The translations under genes were made by a program, and so were the position numbers. This document shows positions 59,130-62,368 of a stretch of DNA of 62,368 nt, piece after piece; the first letter of the stretch is position 1; every line of letters starts with the position of its first letter. The notes under the pieces were generated by a model, which ran no database searches, was not told the origin of the DNA, and worked only from the letters and a program-made list of their open reading frames with translations. Source of the stretch: a virus (taxonomy: Duplodnaviria > Caudoviricetes); IMG/VR virus record IMGVR_UViG_3300042505_000324, positions 1 to 62,368 of that record; one strand, given 5' to 3'.

Positions 59130-60369
59130 ATGGATAATAATAAGAAACACAAAGGTGTCACGTTCAATAAGACAAGAAACAAATGGACAGCTTCAATTCG
59201 TATTGATGGTATACAACATCATATTGGATATTACGACGAAGAGGCAGATGCTATTACGGCTCACAAATTAGTTTCTGATAGATTATTAGGTATAAATCAA
59301 CCTGTAGCAGAACCAGTAATTCCTGTATCAGATATAAAAGAAGATGATATAGAGACACCATGGTCTACAGTAGGTTATTTAACTTATAAACGAACATATT
59401 CTAGAAAGTTAGATGAAACAGACGTTAATAGTGAAACTGAAGAATTTCCAGAAACAGTCGAGCGGATTATTGAAGCATGTAGTACACAATTAAAAGTAGG
59501 TTTCACACCTGAAGAAGAACGTAGATTAAGAACATATTTATTGAAATTAAAAGGTTCTGTAGCTGGTAGATTCTGGTGGCAATTAGGTACTAAAACTGTA
59601 GATAAGTTAGGTTTAGCATCTTTACAGAATTGTGCATTTACAGTAGTAGATGGACCAATCGTTCCATTTACATGGGCTATGGATATGTTAGCACTTGGTT
59701 CAGGTGTTGGCTATAATATACAGAGAGAACATGTTGAAAAATTACCAGTCGTACGAGAATGGTTTACGGCTCCTACAAGAGTTAGTGACTCGGGAGCAGA
59801 CTTTATTATCCCAGATTCAAGAGAAGGATGGGTTCGATTCCTCGCAAAAACTCTTAAAGCAGCTTTTCTTAGTGAGCGAAAGGAAAAGGGGACTTTTACA
59901 TACAGTACGCAAGCGATTAGAGGAAAGGGGACGCCAATCAAAGGGTTTGGAGGAACAGCTTCTGGTCCAGAGGAACTATGTTGGGGAATAGAACAGATAA
60001 GTCAAATCTTAATTAAACGTAGTGGTAAGAAGATTAGACCAATTGATGCATTAGATATTATGAATATTATTGGATATATCATTGTAGCTGGTAATGTGCG
60101 ACGTTCTGCACAAATAGCTATTGGAGACCCTGATGATGTCGAATATTTATTATCAAAAAGATGGGATATGGGTACAATACCTTCTTGGCGTGCAATGTCA
60201 AACAACTCAGTAGTGTGTGAAAATATTTCAGACCTACATGAATACTTTTGGCAAGGTTATGAAGGTAAGGGCGAACCATTTGGTTTGATCAATTTAAAAT
60301 TATCTCGTGAAGTTGGACGATTAGGTGACTATAATTATCCAGATCCAGGCGTCATGGGCTACAATCCGT
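59130..60369 (+). CDS. nrdJ: class II (AdoCbl) ribonucleotide reductase, exon 1, with N-terminal AP2 domain
   Basis: TYKRTY, AGRFWW, NCAF, VAGNVRRSAQI; ends GYNP plus the T of the Cys codon. Confidence 0.9.
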
Positions 60370-61193
60370 TAAAGCTAGCGGCTTAATACAGTAATGTATT
60401 TCGAATTAAATTATCTAAAAACAGGGAATATCCATATTGGACAATCCTGTGCTAACTCGTTATGAGGAGTGCAACGACTATGATTAAAGATTTAAATAAA
60501 CGTTTATATTACTTTGCAATGTTTGACGGCTGTTTGCAGAGGAAAGAAAATGGAGATGCTAACCTTATTGTAAATATGTTAGAAATAAATAAAGACTATT
60601 TAGAGAAAGTGATTAGTACATTAGAAGAAATACCTTTGGGCTATACTTTAACAGAGCCTGCCATTTATACAAAAGATGGTTTTAATAGAAAACAACAATT
60701 AAGATTACAAACAAAAGTACATCCGATTCTGACTAAAATACATGAAAGAATGTATTTAGATGGTCATAAAGTCTTAGACCCACATATGCTAACTCTGCTA
60801 GATGCTGAAGCTTTAGCCATTGCATTTATGGCAGATGGGAGTAGATATGTGGATAAAAGATGGAGTAATGCTTCGCCTAAGTATCGATTACATACTAATA
60901 ATATTAGTTATGGCGATAATTGGCTTTTTAAGAAAGCATTAAAAGAAACTTTTGATTTAGAATTTAATATTGTTAAAAAAGGTATGAAGTATGAATTAGG
61001 TCTTCGACAAAAAGATAATATACTTTTTGAAGTAACTATAGAAGATTTTATACTACCTTCATTTAAATACAAAATCGGACGATAATCCCCATATAAATAT
61101 GGGTGGTGATATAGTCTGTTCTATATAGTAATATATAGAGGTTAGCAGAAATGTCTAACCCCTTATTCTATGAGAGTAAGAGTAACAATTAAG
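60370..61193 (+). mobile_element. group I self-splicing intron (824 nt)
   Basis: Exon ends in U pairing with IGS GCGG (P1); P3 TTATC/GATAA; P7 GACTA/TAGTC within GATATAGTC; terminal G; splicing restores NPCAE. Confidence 0.92.
60480..61085 (+). CDS. intron-encoded double-motif LAGLIDADG homing endonuclease
   Basis: YYFAMFDGCL and LAIAFMADGS motifs; GAGGAG SD before ATG 60480. Confidence 0.85.
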   Translation: MIKDLNKRLYYFAMFDGCLQRKENGDANLIVNMLEINKDYLEKVISTLEEIPLGYTLTEPAIYTKDGFNRKQQLRLQTKVHPILTKIHERMYLDGHKVLDPHMLTLLDAEALAIAFMADGSRYVDKRWSNASPKYRLHTNNISYGDNWLFKKALKETFDLEFNIVKKGMKYELGLRQKDNILFEVTIEDFILPSFKYKIGR

Positions 61194-62083
61194 GTGCCGA
61201 GCAATCTTTAGATCCATATGAGACTTGTTGTCTAGCTGAAATCTTTTTACCTAATATTACTAGCAAAGAAGAGTTCTTAGACGTAATTACACTGCTTTAT
61301 CGTATTTGTAAACATTCATTAACTTTACCATCACATCATCCTGAGACAGAAGCAATTGTTCATAAGAATATGAGAATGGGGTTAGGTTTAACTGGTGTAT
61401 TACAAGCTACGGAAGAGCAGAAATCTTGGGCAAATGAAGGATATTTACATGTACGCGATTTTGATAAACGCTATTCTGAACTTAATAATTTTAATAAGTC
61501 TATTAAACTTACTACGGTCAAACCGTCTGGGACATTATCATTACTACCTGGTGTTACGCCTGGCGTTCACCCTGGTTATGCTCAGTATATGTTTAGACGG
61601 ATACGTATTGCTGCAGGGCACCCTTTAATTGAAGTCTGTAGAGCTCATGGCTATCCAATTGAGTATCAACAAAACTTTGATGGTTCTGAAGATTATAATA
61701 CAATGGTAGTAACATTTCCATTTAGCTATCCTGAAGGTACTAAACTTGCTAGCCAAATGACAGCATTATCACAGTTGGAAGAAGTTAAGAAATTACAAAA
61801 GAATTGGTCTGATAACTCTGTATCTTGTACAGTATACTATCGTAAGGAAGAATTGCCAGAAATTCGTGCATACTTAGAACGTAACTATAGAGATAATCAT
61901 AAATCATTATCTTTCTTATTACATAGTGAGCATGGATTTAAACAAGCCCCATATGAAGAAGTTACTAAAGAACAGTTTGATGAATTAATGGCTAAAACAA
62001 CGGTAATTACTAAATTAGAAAATATTAAATTAGACTTAGATGCGAGTGACGAGTGTACATCTGGTGCTTGCCCTATTAGATAA
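61194..62083 (+). CDS. nrdJ: class II ribonucleotide reductase, exon 2
   Basis: (C)AEQSLDPYETCCLAEIFL, TTVKPSGTLS, SDNSVSCTV, QAPYEE, C-terminal CTSGACPIR; spliced product 709 aa. Confidence 0.92.
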
Positions 62084-62093
62084 GGAGTTATAA

Positions 62094-62249
62094 ATGAAAC
62101 TTTGGCGTAAGGAAGCAAAACAACATAATGAAGATGCTGGAAGAAAACATCAAGGTCGTGTTAATAAACTAAACTATAATATGAATAGGACAAGAGGTGC
62201 TTCAGGTCTTATTCGATTATTATTTGAACGTGCTGGAATTATAATGTAG
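62094..62249 (+). CDS. small basic hypothetical protein (51 aa)
   Basis: Hand-translated; TAAGGAG SD. Confidence 0.55.
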   Translation: MKLWRKEAKQHNEDAGRKHQGRVNKLNYNMNRTRGASGLIRLLFERAGIIM

Positions 62250-62254
62250 TAAAT

Positions 62255-62285
62255 AGGCGATATCTCTTTTGAGGTGTCGCCTTTT
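62255..62285 (+). terminator. intrinsic terminator
   Basis: AGGCGATATCTC-TTTT-GAGGTGTCGCCT plus T tail. Confidence 0.75.
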
Positions 62286-62368
62286 AAATTAAAGGAAAAT
62301 GTATGCAAAATATAAATATTGTAAAAGCTGAAATTTCAGTAAATGTAGTGAAAATAGGGAATAGACAA

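Noticed and set aside
60370-61193. Intein or pseudogene explanation for the split nrdJ
   Set aside because: An in-frame stop follows exon 1, there are no intein termini, and group I elements with precise splice junctions are present

Overview
AT-rich lytic dsDNA tailed-phage sequence with siphovirus architecture; every credible gene is on the + strand. Layout: small accessory ORFs (1-4.9 kb); a strong terminator and phage promoter; terminase; tail-fibre block; portal; head, neck and tail genes with a 2530-aa tape measure and 2334-aa tail tip; lysis cassette; early genes; then a T7-like replication module (SSB, PolA, exonuclease, primase-helicase, class II RNR). The main observation is two intact T7-type single-subunit RNA polymerases. 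One is fused behind a MuF/SPP1-gp7 minor head domain between portal and scaffold and is a candidate capsid-packaged, injected RNAP. The other is free-standing in the early region. Two separate repeated motif classes (2 copies before early genes; 3 copies before the replication, packaging/structural and lysis operons) fit a two-polymerase transcription cascade. Other points: a group I intron with a LAGLIDADG endonuclease splitting the catalytic Cys codon of nrdJ, an AP2 domain fused to NrdJ, a phage acyl carrier protein, paired substitutions in the PolA active site, a lambda-type GGGAAAG frameshift, and several structured leaders. All calls come from motif reading only; no database searches were run, so novelty is unverified.
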